Positions 1 to 8,771 of a DNA stretch of 64,000 nt are shown here, piece by piece. Origin of the DNA: Patescibacteria group bacterium (GTDB taxonomy: Bacteria; Patescibacteriota; Minisyncoccia; Moranbacterales; JAKLHP01). The notes beneath the pieces were generated by a model that made no database searches, had not been told where the DNA came from, and saw only the letters and a program-made list of their open reading frames with translations. The first letter of the stretch is position 1; each line of letters begins with the position of its first letter. Location: positions 19,799 to 83,798 of the forward strand of contig JAZDKA010000041.1 in assembly GCA_043803385.1 (NCBI GenBank). Reading direction: 5' to 3'. The position numbers were made by a program, and so were the translations under genes.

Positions 1-1
1 G

Positions 2-1231
2 CAGCATGAAAAAGAAGCGCTTATTATTGCTAACGCCGGACAAAAAGGTTCAGTAACAATCGCAACCAATATGGCTGGCCGGGGAACCGATATTAAGCTC
101 GGAGAAGGCGTAAAAGGGCTTGAGGGGCTGTATATAATCGGTACAGAGCGCCATGAGGCCAGGCGCATTGATAATCAGCTTCGAGGACGCTCCGGACGAC
201 AGGGAGATCCGGGAGTTTCAGAATTTTATGTTTCTCTGGAAGACGAACTGATGCGAAGATTCGGCGGAGACAAAATGAAAAATATGATGGACAAGCTTGG
301 CCTTCCAGAAGACCAGCCGATTCAAAATGCTATTATTTCAAAAACGATCGAAAATGCCCAGAACAAAATAGAAGGATACAATTTTGATATCCGGAAGCAT
401 GTCTTGGATTATGATGACGTAATGAACAAGCAAAGGGAAGTTGTCTACAAAAAACGGAAAGAAATTTTGGAATCAAAAAATTTGAAAAGCGAAATCAACA
501 ATGATATTTCGGAAGAAATAGAAAGAATAGTTTCTTTTCACACGGCCGGAGATGAGTTTGATTGGAATTTTGATGATTTATTTTCCGAAGTTAATAATAT
601 TTTCCTAATTAGCGGAGATAATAAAAAACAAATCGAGCTGATAAAAAATGACAAATCAAAAAATGATATAGAGAAAAAGGGAATGCTTCATGATTACCTG
701 ATGGATTTGGCAAAAACTGCTTATGGCCAGAAGGAAAAGGAAATTGGCGAAGAAAATATGCGCCAGGTAGAAAAGATGATTACCCTTCAAACGATTGACA
801 CGCTTTGGATGAATCATTTGGAAGAAATCGATTATCTTCGGGAAGGAATCGGGCTTCGCGGATATGGGCAGAGAGACCCGCTAATTGAATACAAGCGCGA
901 AGCTTTCGATTTATTTTCCCACTTAATGGACAATGTCCGCTCAACTATTGTCCGCACGATTTTCCGGATTCAGGCCACTCCATTATCACAGGCTCAAATG
1001 GAAGATAATAAGAACCTGCAGTTCAAAGGCGCAGATGAAGGAGTGGGACAATTCTCCGCCTTCGCCGGAGCTTCGGCGGACAAGGGCGCCGCCAAACAAA
1101 TGCAATCTTCCGGCGGAGAAAAAAGCGAAGAAGTTAAGCAAAAACCGATAATCAATGCCAACAAAATCGGCCGAAATGACCCTTGCCCATGCGGAAGCGG
1201 GAAAAAATATAAAAAATGTTGCGGGAAATAA
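2..1231 (+). CDS. secA: Preprotein translocase SecA, 3' part (truncated at window start)
   Basis: [31 protein letters not shown] motifs; C-terminal SEC-C ([19 protein letters not shown]). Confidence 0.98.
   Translation, partial: QHEKEALIIANAGQKGSVTIATNMAGRGTDIKLGEGVKGLEGLYIIGTERHEARRIDNQLRGRSGRQGDPGVSEFYVSLEDELMRRFGGDKMKNMMDKLGLPEDQPIQNAIISKTIENAQNKIEGYNFDIRKHVLDYDDVMNKQREVVYKKRKEILESKNLKSEINNDISEEIERIVSFHTAGDEFDWNFDDLFSEVNNIFLISGDNKKQIELIKNDKSKNDIEKKGMLHDYLMDLAKTAYGQKEKEIGEENMRQVEKMITLQTIDTLWMNHLEEIDYLREGIGLRGYGQRDPLIEYKREAFDLFSHLMDNVRSTIVRTIFRIQATPLSQAQMEDNKNLQFKGADEGVGQFSAFAGASADKGAAKQMQSSGGEKSEEVKQKPIINANKIGRNDPCPCGSGKKYKKCCGK
1055..1080. repeat. GC-rich REP-like hairpin read in frame inside the secA C-terminal linker
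   Basis: TCCGCC-TTCGCCGGAGCTTC-GGCGGA, encoding SAFAGASAD; similar decayed motif near 51413-51440. Confidence 0.5.
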
Positions 1232-1240
1232 GAATATCAA

Positions 1241-1720
1241 ATGGTTAAAATAGTAAAAAATAGTAAGATGAAAGCAAAAAACAATTTTGTTAAAATTAAG
1301 AAAGCCGGTAAAAAGGGTATTGGATTATTTGCGGGAAAAAATTTCAAAAAAGGAGAAGCCGTATATTCTTTTCCAAGAGGCAAGATAATAAAGAAATCAG
1401 AAATAAAGAAATTAATTTCGAAGGAGAAAAAATATCTGGATTACTATAGGAAAGGCGAGTATGAAATCATGGAGCCACCGGCGCGATGTGTTAATCATTC
1501 ATGTGATCCCAATATTATCGAAAGAAATCGAATTGCCTATACTATAAAACCGATAAAAAAAGGAGATGAAATTACAATTGATTATCGTCCAATTGGCTAC
1601 AGGGAAAAACCATTTAAGTGTTATTGCGGGTCAAAAAAATGCGTGAAACTTATCATGGGCAATGATAATTTATGCTATTGTGAAAGCGGGAAAAAATACG
1701 AAAAATGTTGTGGAAAATAA
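1241..1720 (+). CDS. SET-domain protein with post-SET cysteines and a C-terminal SEC-C-like motif
   Basis: GIGLFA, NHSCDPN, EITIDY, CYCGSKKC, then LCYCESGKKYEKCCGK. Confidence 0.85.
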   Translation: MVKIVKNSKMKAKNNFVKIKKAGKKGIGLFAGKNFKKGEAVYSFPRGKIIKKSEIKKLISKEKKYLDYYRKGEYEIMEPPARCVNHSCDPNIIERNRIAYTIKPIKKGDEITIDYRPIGYREKPFKCYCGSKKCVKLIMGNDNLCYCESGKKYEKCCGK

Positions 1721-1724
1721 TTGT

Positions 1725-1851
1725 AAATTAATTGCTACTACACAACTACATATAGTAGTAATAAAAAAATATTATACACATTACTCCGACTGCAGGAATG
1801 TGTATAAAAATTATATAACACTTAACTCCGATCGGACGTAAGTGTTATATA
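1725..1851 (+). repeat. 127-bp triple-hairpin direct repeat, copy 1
   Basis: Near-identical to 3575-3700; three consecutive inverted repeats. Confidence 0.9.
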
Positions 1852-1859
1852 GCAAAAAT

Positions 1860-2441
1860 ATGACGGAAGTTGTTGTTTTAATTGATGGATATTTCAAGAA
1901 TTTATCGAAAACGAGATGTATTGCTGGACCAACCATTACCTTGATAAAGGATGAAGAAAGGAATATCTTAGTTGACACTGGCAATCCCAAAGATAAGGAA
2001 AAAATATTGAAAGCTTTGGCGAAGCATAATTTAGAACCTAAGGATATTGACATTGTAATTAATACCCATTTTCACCCGGATCATACGGGGTGCAATTATC
2101 TATTCAATAAATCTCGTTTTTTGACTCATGGGGTAGCTTTTTGGAATGATATTTTCGATCGGAGCAAAAAACTTCAGGAAATATCAAATAATGTGAAAAT
2201 AATTCCAACACCGGGACATTCTGAAGGCAGCATCACTATTTTAGTGAAAAAGGACAAAAAAATAATTGCAATAGTTGGCGATTTATTTTGGTCAGAGAAA
2301 GATGTTAAGATAGGATTATTGAAAGAAGATTGTACTGATAAAAAACTATTTGGCAAAAATCGTAATAAAATTTTGAAAATAGCAGAGTGGATCATTCCGG
2401 GTCATGGAAAAATGTTTAAAGTGAAAAAATATATAACATAA
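1860..2441 (+). CDS. Metallo-beta-lactamase-fold hydrolase
   Basis: LVDTG, THFHPDHTG (HxHxDH), TPGHS, GDLF, IPGHG; ATG start at 1860 preferred. Confidence 0.9.
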   Translation: MTEVVVLIDGYFKNLSKTRCIAGPTITLIKDEERNILVDTGNPKDKEKILKALAKHNLEPKDIDIVINTHFHPDHTGCNYLFNKSRFLTHGVAFWNDIFDRSKKLQEISNNVKIIPTPGHSEGSITILVKKDKKIIAIVGDLFWSEKDVKIGLLKEDCTDKKLFGKNRNKILKIAEWIIPGHGKMFKVKKYIT

Positions 2442-2463
2442 TTCGTCGGTCGACAGAAAAATT

Positions 2464-3552
2464 ATGAAACAATTAAAGAAAATTGAATATAAAAAAATAA
2501 ATAGCCCGTCATTTTTTATTGGTAAGGGAAATAATGATTTGATTTCATTTGGTTCGGGGCAGCCCGATTTGCCGCCACCGCCAGAGATTTTTCACATTCT
2601 GCCAAATTACCGTGATTTCAAATATGGTTTAGTTCAAGGACAGGAAAATTTGCGCCAGGCATTAGCGAAGCAGTATGAAGATGCCAGCGCCGAAAGCTTT
2701 GTAATTACAAATGGTGCATCCGAGGCGCTAGATTTGGTTTTGCGGGCTTTATATGAACCGGGTGCAAAAATTCTTTTGCCTCGGCCTTATTATTATTCCT
2801 ATCCCCACAATGTCCAGCTGGCATTTATGAAACCAGTTTATTATAATTTGGTGCGGGGAAAAATTGATTTTGAAAATTTTTCTAAGCAAATTCAAGGTTG
2901 CCGAGCTGTTTTAATCAATTCTCCGGCCAATCCGACCGGCAGCATCCAGGATCTGGATGTCTTGAAAAAGATTGAAAAATTGGCGCACGACCTCAGCATT
3001 TACATAATTTCTGACGAGGTTTATAAAGACCTTATTTATGAGCGGGAAAATTATCTGTTCAAAGGCAAGAAAATAATCACTCTTAATTCTTTTTCCAAAA
3101 CCTTTGCTATGTGCGGTTTCAGGGTAGGCTATGTATACGCGCGGGAAAAATGGATTATTGAAAAAATTGTGGAGATGAAAACGCATACTTCCATGAACAC
3201 TAATATTTTAGGGCAGGAAATGGCTTTTGAAGCCATAAAAGTGCCGCGAAGTTATGTTGATGCGCAGGTCAAAACTTGGAAGGAGAGGCGAGATTTGATT
3301 TATCACGGCTTGCTGGATTTGGGGCTGGATTTATGGAAACCCGAAGGTGCTTTTTATGTTTTTCCCAGATTCAAAAATCCAAATAAAGTTGTAAATGATT
3401 TATACTATAAGTATAAGATGATTACTTACGACGGGACTTGGTTTGGCGATCCGGCCAGAGTCCGCTTTTCCTATGCACTGGATATTGAAAAAATTCAGGA
3501 GGGATTAAGAAGATTAAAAAAATATCTAAGCAAAGAATACAAAGAAAATTAA
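2464..3552 (+). CDS. PLP-dependent aminotransferase, class I/II
   Basis: NSPANPTG, SDEVY, SFSKTFAMCGFRVGY. Confidence 0.92.
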   Translation: MKQLKKIEYKKINSPSFFIGKGNNDLISFGSGQPDLPPPPEIFHILPNYRDFKYGLVQGQENLRQALAKQYEDASAESFVITNGASEALDLVLRALYEPGAKILLPRPYYYSYPHNVQLAFMKPVYYNLVRGKIDFENFSKQIQGCRAVLINSPANPTGSIQDLDVLKKIEKLAHDLSIYIISDEVYKDLIYERENYLFKGKKIITLNSFSKTFAMCGFRVGYVYAREKWIIEKIVEMKTHTSMNTNILGQEMAFEAIKVPRSYVDAQVKTWKERRDLIYHGLLDLGLDLWKPEGAFYVFPRFKNPNKVVNDLYYKYKMITYDGTWFGDPARVRFSYALDIEKIQEGLRRLKKYLSKEYKEN

Positions 3553-3574
3553 AAAATATTGCAGGAAATACCGG

Positions 3575-3700
3575 AAATTAATTGCTACTACACAATTACA
3601 TATAGTAGTAATAAAAAACATTCTACACATTACTCCGACTGCAGGATTGTGTAGAAAAATTCTACAACACTTAACTCCGGCCGGACGTAAGTGTTATATA
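3575..3700 (+). repeat. 127-bp triple-hairpin direct repeat, copy 2
   Basis: Matches 1725-1851 with compensatory changes in stem 2. Confidence 0.9.
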
Positions 3701-3721
3701 AAAATATTTAAAATGTAATTT

Positions 3722-4555
3722 ATGGCAAATAAAGCTAAAAGAAAATATTCGATTGGAGTTTTTGATTCAGGTTTTGGCGGGCTTCAGATTTTGAAACATA
3801 TTGTCAAGGAGCTTCCTGAATATAATTATATTTATCTCGGAGATACAGCCAGAATTCCATATGGAAGCCGATCTCAAGAAAGTATCCTTAATTTTGCCAC
3901 TCAAGCTGTGGATTTTCTTTTCAAAAAAGATTGCAAGCTAATAATTTTCGCCTGTAATACTGTCTCGGCAAAGGCTCTTCGTAAAATTCAGAGGGAATAT
4001 TTACCGAGACATTATCCTGATAGAAAAGTTTTGGGAGTAATTATTCCAGCCGTTGAGGAAGTGACCAGCAAGGGCCACAACGCAATCGGGATTATTGCTA
4101 CGCAAGGCAGCGTTTCTTCCAATGCATTTGTCGAAGAAATAAAGAAAATTAATCCCAATGCTAAAGTTTTTCAACAAGCTTGTCCGCTGCTGGTTCCAAT
4201 TGTGGAAGCAGGCGAGGAAAAATCAAAAGCAACAGGCATAATACTTGAAAAATATCTCAAGTCATTGCTCAAAAATAACATAGATGCTTTGATTTTGGGC
4301 TGCACGCATTACGGTTTTTTAGAGAATAAAATTAAAAAAATAATAGGAAAAAACATTGAAGTTATTAGCGAGGGGAAAATAGCAGCTAAGAAATTAAGAG
4401 AATATTTGTTAAAACATCCTGAAATAGAAAAAGCACTTGGTCAAAGTTCAAAAATAAATTTTTTTACAACTGATTTAACTGAAGAGTTTGAAATTATGGG
4501 AAGCAAATTTTTTGGCAAAAAAATTGTTCCACAGAAAGCAAAAATAGATAAATAA
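3722..4555 (+). CDS. murI: Glutamate racemase
   Basis: IGVFDSGFGG, PYGSR, ACNT, LGCTHY. Confidence 0.96.
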   Translation: MANKAKRKYSIGVFDSGFGGLQILKHIVKELPEYNYIYLGDTARIPYGSRSQESILNFATQAVDFLFKKDCKLIIFACNTVSAKALRKIQREYLPRHYPDRKVLGVIIPAVEEVTSKGHNAIGIIATQGSVSSNAFVEEIKKINPNAKVFQQACPLLVPIVEAGEEKSKATGIILEKYLKSLLKNNIDALILGCTHYGFLENKIKKIIGKNIEVISEGKIAAKKLREYLLKHPEIEKALGQSSKINFFTTDLTEEFEIMGSKFFGKKIVPQKAKIDK

Positions 4556-4561
4556 AAAATT

Positions 4562-4633
4562 ATGTCTTGGAAAAAAATTTCTTCAAAGCAAATTTATAAA
4601 AATAATCAAAATATTTTGAATTTATTAAAATGA
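4562..4633 (+). pseudogene. Possible N-terminal remnant of an ADP-ribose pyrophosphatase-like NUDIX gene
   Basis: MSWKKISSKQIYKN resembles NUDIX N-termini; ORF stops after 23 codons. Confidence 0.35.
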
Positions 4634-4836
4634 AACTAGGAATTTATCAGCATTATAAGGGAAAGTTTTATAAAGTTATTGGTGTAGCAACCCATAGTGA
4701 AACTTTGGAAAAGCTAGTAATTTATCAAGCGATGTATGGAAAGAAAAAACTATGGGTAAGACCGCTAGGTATGTTTATGGAAAAAATAAAAATAAACGGA
4801 AAATTAGAAAAAAGATTTAAATATATTAAAAAATAA
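4630..4836 (+). CDS. DUF1653-family protein
   Basis: GIYQHYKG..Y.V..VATHSET.E.LVIY..LWVRP..MF. Confidence 0.88.
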   Translation: MKLGIYQHYKGKFYKVIGVATHSETLEKLVIYQAMYGKKKLWVRPLGMFMEKIKINGKLEKRFKYIKK

Positions 4837-4849
4837 AAAGGATCAGATT

Positions 4850-5287
4850 TTAACCTGATCCTGTGGCTATAGATCCGAAAAATTTCGTGTAATAATCTCC
4901 ATATAGCCGTATAATGTTTTCGTCTAAGCCCAATCCCTTTCCATATTTCATAAAATCTTCTAATGAAGGAAAGTGGCTGAGATCAAGTTCCGAAAGAACA
5001 ACGGAGAACTCTACAAAACAATTTTGGCAGCTTCTGTATGTTCTCTTGAGTTCTGACTCAAAATTCTCGTGCCGATACTCGTAATCTATCGGCGATCTCT
5101 CCAGCGAATAAATTTCCGCTCCGTTTTTTATGAACCAGACCCTTTTCCAAAAACACATACCAGTTCTCCAGATTTCAATGGAAACTCCATGCCAGTTGCA
5201 ATCGTATAATTTTTGGGGAGTATCAGCTGCAAGCTTATTTGTTTCCTCTAAAGTTTTATGCATTTCTTCTATGACTCTGATATCCAT
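4850..5287 (-). CDS. Hypothetical protein (accessory islet)
   Basis: 145-aa ORF; SD GAGGAGG; TTGACA-N18-TAAACT at 5345-5316. Confidence 0.7.
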   Translation of the reverse strand: MDIRVIEEMHKTLEETNKLAADTPQKLYDCNWHGVSIEIWRTGMCFWKRVWFIKNGAEIYSLERSPIDYEYRHENFESELKRTYRSCQNCFVEFSVVLSELDLSHFPSLEDFMKYGKGLGLDENIIRLYGDYYTKFFGSIATGSG

Positions 5288-5389
5288 TTTTACCTCCTCG
5301 AAATATTATATAATGAGTTTAACCTGAATAATTAATTGCTGTCAAGAAAGCTACAAAACTAAAAATAATTATTTTGATAACTTATAGAA

Positions 5390-5520
5390 ATGAAAAAGAT
5401 TCAGACGCTTTGCATTGTTCATTTTGAATGCCATTATTTTTAAAAAATAAAAAGTTTAAAGGAAAATTTATTTTTGAAGGGATGAATAAAATTATTGATT
5501 ATAGTTTAAAAGAAATATAA
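5390..5520 (+). pseudogene. Internally deleted MTH1-like 8-oxo-dGTP diphosphatase (NUDIX) remnant
   Basis: N-terminal MKKIQTLCIVH joined out of frame to C-terminal PLFLKNKKFKGKFIF...IIDYSLKEI*; no Nudix box. Confidence 0.5.
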
Positions 5521-5556
5521 AAAATACTTAATACAAAATACTTTATACTAGATACT
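5521..5556. repeat. 7-nt tandem array (NNAATAC x5)
   Basis: AAAATAC TTAATAC AAAATAC TTTATAC TAGATAC. Confidence 0.7.
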
Positions 5557-5561
5557 AGTCT

Positions 5562-6017
5562 ATGATCGCATTTGAAAAATCAGTCGGAGCGGTGATTTTT
5601 AGGAGAGAAAATAATAAAATTTATTATCTCCTGCTTAAATATAGGAACGGTCATTGGGATTTTCCAAAAGGGCACGTAGAAAATGATGAAGTAGAGGAAG
5701 AAACAATGGCAAGAGAAGTCAAGGAAGAAACGGGAATTAATGATTTAAAAATAATTCCTGGATTTTCTGAAAAAATTCGTTTTTTTTATAGAGCTAAAGG
5801 TAATGAACGCGAAAGAAGAAAAGCAGAGAATAGAAAAACTATGATAACAAAAAGGGTCATATTTTATTTGGCCGAAACTTTTCAAAAAGAAATAAAATTG
5901 TCTATTGAGCAAACGGATTATATCTGGCTTGAATTCGATAAAGCTCTGGATAAAATTACCTACGAAAAACCCAAAAAAGTCCTTAAAAAAGCCAATAAAT
6001 TTCTTGAAAAATCTTAA
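5562..6017 (+). CDS. NUDIX hydrolase (Ap4A hydrolase-like)
   Basis: WDFPKGHVE...AREVKEETGI Nudix box. Confidence 0.9.
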   Translation: MIAFEKSVGAVIFRRENNKIYYLLLKYRNGHWDFPKGHVENDEVEEETMAREVKEETGINDLKIIPGFSEKIRFFYRAKGNERERRKAENRKTMITKRVIFYLAETFQKEIKLSIEQTDYIWLEFDKALDKITYEKPKKVLKKANKFLEKS

Positions 6018-6028
6018 AAATGGCTATT

Positions 6029-6057
6029 TTGACCTTAAGCTGATTTTAAGGTATTAT
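6029..6057 (+). promoter_or_regulatory. sigma70-type promoter for the mreBCD-pbp2 operon
   Basis: TTGACC-N17-TATTAT. Confidence 0.55.
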
Positions 6058-6126
6058 TAACAGCATACAAATACAAAAATAAAATAGGGGTTTTTATAAA
6101 CCGTAATACGCTAGGTTAGTTTTTTT

Positions 6127-7209
6127 ATGTTTAAAAAATTTGAAAATTTTTCTAAAATGATAGGAGGATTATTCGGTAAAGTTTCCCAGGATATCGGAAT
6201 CGATCTTGGAACAGCCAACACTTTGGTATACGTTAAAGGAAAAGGGATTATGATCAATGAACCTTCTGTTGTAGCCGTTAACAAAAAAACCGGACAAATT
6301 TTAGCTATCGGGAAAGATGCCAAAAGAATGGTTGGAAAAACCCCGAGTCATATTGTGGCAACCAGGCCATTAGTTGACGGGGTAGTGAGCGACTTTGAAA
6401 TTACTGAACAAATGCTCCGCCATTTTATTAATAAAGTCGGAAAGCAATCCTTTTCTCTTATTCCTCGCCCAAGAGTGCTCATTGGAATTCCTTCAGGAAT
6501 AACAGAAGTCGAAAAGAAAGCAGTTGTTGATGCCGCAACCAATGCGGGAGCAAGAGAAGCTTTTCTTATTGATGAACCGATGGCGGCGGCAATTGGAGCG
6601 CGCCTTCCAGTAACGGAAGCAGCGGGGAATATGGTGGTAGATATCGGCGGAGGAACTTCAGAAATCGCGGTAATATCTCTGGGCGGAGTGGTAGTTTCAA
6701 GAAGTTTGCGTGTAGCCGGAGATGAAATGAATGAAGATATCGTGAGATATTGCCGGGACGAATTCAATCTGCTGATTGGAGAGAAAACAGCTGAGGATGT
6801 AAAAATAGCCATCGGAAGCGCTTATCCGATGAAAGAAAGCATGACTCTTCCTGTTCGAGGAAGAGATCTTATCAGCGGGCTTCCAAAAGAAGTTATCGCC
6901 AATGACGAGCAAATCAGGCAGGCATTATCAAGGTCAATCAGGATCATTGTTAATAATATCAAATCGGTAGTAGAAGATACTCCGCCGGAACTTTTGGCCG
7001 ATGTGATGCAAAGGGGGATAATATTGGCCGGGGGTGGAAGTTTGATCCGCGGAATGGATAAATTAGTTGCCAACCAAACTGAGATGCCGGTTAGAATGAT
7101 GGAAGATCCTTTGACAGCCGTAGTTCGCGGAACTGGAATAGTGCTTGAAGATCTTGAAAATCTTAAGGACGTCTTGGTTGAAAGCGAATACGGAAAATCC
7201 CTTATTTAA
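6127..7209 (+). CDS. mreB: Rod shape-determining protein MreB
   Basis: IGIDLGTANT, EPMAAAIGA, VDIGGGT. Confidence 0.97.
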   Translation: MFKKFENFSKMIGGLFGKVSQDIGIDLGTANTLVYVKGKGIMINEPSVVAVNKKTGQILAIGKDAKRMVGKTPSHIVATRPLVDGVVSDFEITEQMLRHFINKVGKQSFSLIPRPRVLIGIPSGITEVEKKAVVDAATNAGAREAFLIDEPMAAAIGARLPVTEAAGNMVVDIGGGTSEIAVISLGGVVVSRSLRVAGDEMNEDIVRYCRDEFNLLIGEKTAEDVKIAIGSAYPMKESMTLPVRGRDLISGLPKEVIANDEQIRQALSRSIRIIVNNIKSVVEDTPPELLADVMQRGIILAGGGSLIRGMDKLVANQTEMPVRMMEDPLTAVVRGTGIVLEDLENLKDVLVESEYGKSLI

Positions 7210-7303
7210 CTACGAATTACGAATTTTATACAAATATACGAATGTACTAATATTTTTTAATTCGTATATTGGTATATTTGTACTTGATTAGTAATTCGTA
7301 GTC
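7210..7303. repeat. Imperfect palindromic TACGAAT-based short-repeat element
   Basis: Near-identical reverse complement at 31113-31207; partial copies near 12362-12401 and 62297-62340. Confidence 0.85.
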
Positions 7304-7308
7304 TATTT

Positions 7309-8121
7309 ATGTCTTTTAACTTTTTTCAAACAAAACTTTTCAAGGTGATTGCCGTATCTTCAATAGCATTTTTTTTCATAATTATAAATCCCTACAAGAT
7401 TTTTAATCCAGTTCGCTCGGTATTTTTAGTGATTTTTTCTCCAATTCAGAAAGTAGCTTATGGGCTGTCTTTTGAAATTAAACAAGTCAAAAATTTTCTT
7501 TCTTCCATAGGCCAGCTAAAAAACGAAAATGAAAAGCTTATAAAAGAAAACAGGGAACTTTTGTCTTTGAAAATAAGCCTTGAAGAAGCAGGAAGGGAAA
7601 ATGAAATTTTGCGCCGGGAACTAAAACTGCTTCCAATGGATAAATTTAATCTTGAAGGAGCTTCACTGGTAGGGAAAGATCCTCATGGAAAAGGCGATTG
7701 GATTGAGATTGACAAAGGGGGAAAGGATGGAATTGGCGAGGAAATGCCGGTTGTTGTCGGTTCAGGAATTTTAATAGGGAAAGTAAGCGAAGTTTTTCCG
7801 ACGACTTCGAAAATCGTCCTGCTTAGCAATCCAGGGAGCGCCATAAATGCCGTAGATTCGAAAACCGGTTCCAAGGGAGTAGTTCGAGGAGAATATGGCC
7901 TGGGAATAATAATGGATATGGTTCTCCAAAGCGAAGCCTTGAATCAAGGCGATGATGTGATTACTTCCGGAATAGGCAAGGAATTTCCCAGAGGACTCCT
8001 GATAGGAAAAGTGTCCGCGGTAAATCCTTCAGAAGATAGGCTTTTTCAAAAAGCGATAATTTCTTCTCCAGTGGATTTTAATAACTTGCAGTTCGTTTTT
8101 GTCGTTAAAAAAGGCATTTGA
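7309..8121 (+). CDS. mreC: Rod shape-determining protein MreC
   Basis: N-terminal TM, coiled coil, IDKG..DGI, GDDVITSG..FPRG; operon position. Confidence 0.93.
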   Translation: MSFNFFQTKLFKVIAVSSIAFFFIIINPYKIFNPVRSVFLVIFSPIQKVAYGLSFEIKQVKNFLSSIGQLKNENEKLIKENRELLSLKISLEEAGRENEILRRELKLLPMDKFNLEGASLVGKDPHGKGDWIEIDKGGKDGIGEEMPVVVGSGILIGKVSEVFPTTSKIVLLSNPGSAINAVDSKTGSKGVVRGEYGLGIIMDMVLQSEALNQGDDVITSGIGKEFPRGLLIGKVSAVNPSEDRLFQKAIISSPVDFNNLQFVFVVKKGI

Positions 8122-8136
8122 TAAAAAATATTGCGG

Positions 8137-8682
8137 ATGAGAAAAAAATTATTCATTTTTTTGGTTATCTTTTTAGCGGTTATTTTTCAAATAAGCGTTT
8201 TTCCGCTTTTCTTTTCAAGGAACAATATTCCCGATTTAGCACTGATTATCCTTGTTTCTTCTGTTGCCGTTCTCGGGTTTCAGCAGGTTTTGGTCTGGGC
8301 GGTAATTTCCGGATTTATTTTTGATATTTTTTCTTTTAGCAGGATAGGCGTGAACATTTTTTCTTTTGTACTGTTTTCTTACGCCATAAGTTTTTTTTCC
8401 CGAAGGATGATTTTGGGAGAAAAATCAGGGGGAATCCTTATGGGAGCCATCTTTGTTTCTTTCATGACTTTTTTCTACAGGCTATGGGCCATCTTTAATG
8501 AGTTAGGCCTTAATTTCCAAGAAATTTGGAAAATGAAAACAGAATTTTTGGAAGGAATGGGATGGAAAATTATTTTTAATCTCATCTTGTTTTTCCTTTC
8601 AATTTTATTTTTAAAAAGAATAAGGAACAAAATTTCTCCTAAAAATAATATTTACCCCTACACCAAAATTCCACCGTTATGA
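8137..8682 (+). CDS. mreD: Rod shape-determining protein MreD
   Basis: Multi-TM, PDLAL, G..FD motif, between mreC and pbp2; last residues come from repeat A1. Confidence 0.85.
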   Translation: MRKKLFIFLVIFLAVIFQISVFPLFFSRNNIPDLALIILVSSVAVLGFQQVLVWAVISGFIFDIFSFSRIGVNIFSFVLFSYAISFFSRRMILGEKSGGILMGAIFVSFMTFFYRLWAIFNELGLNFQEIWKMKTEFLEGMGWKIIFNLILFFLSILFLKRIRNKISPKNNIYPYTKIPPL

Positions 8683-8759
8683 ATGCGTGGATGAATAAAT
8701 AGATGACACTGAATGTATTAATCCGATATCATGGCATAAGCCATTGGTGTGGGGTTAAA
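8651..8759. mobile_element. Palindromic MITE-like element A1 overlapping the mreD 3' end
   Basis: TTTACCCCTACACCAA...TTGGTGTGGGGTTAAA termini. Confidence 0.75.
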
Positions 8760-8771
8760 CTGGCAAAATAA

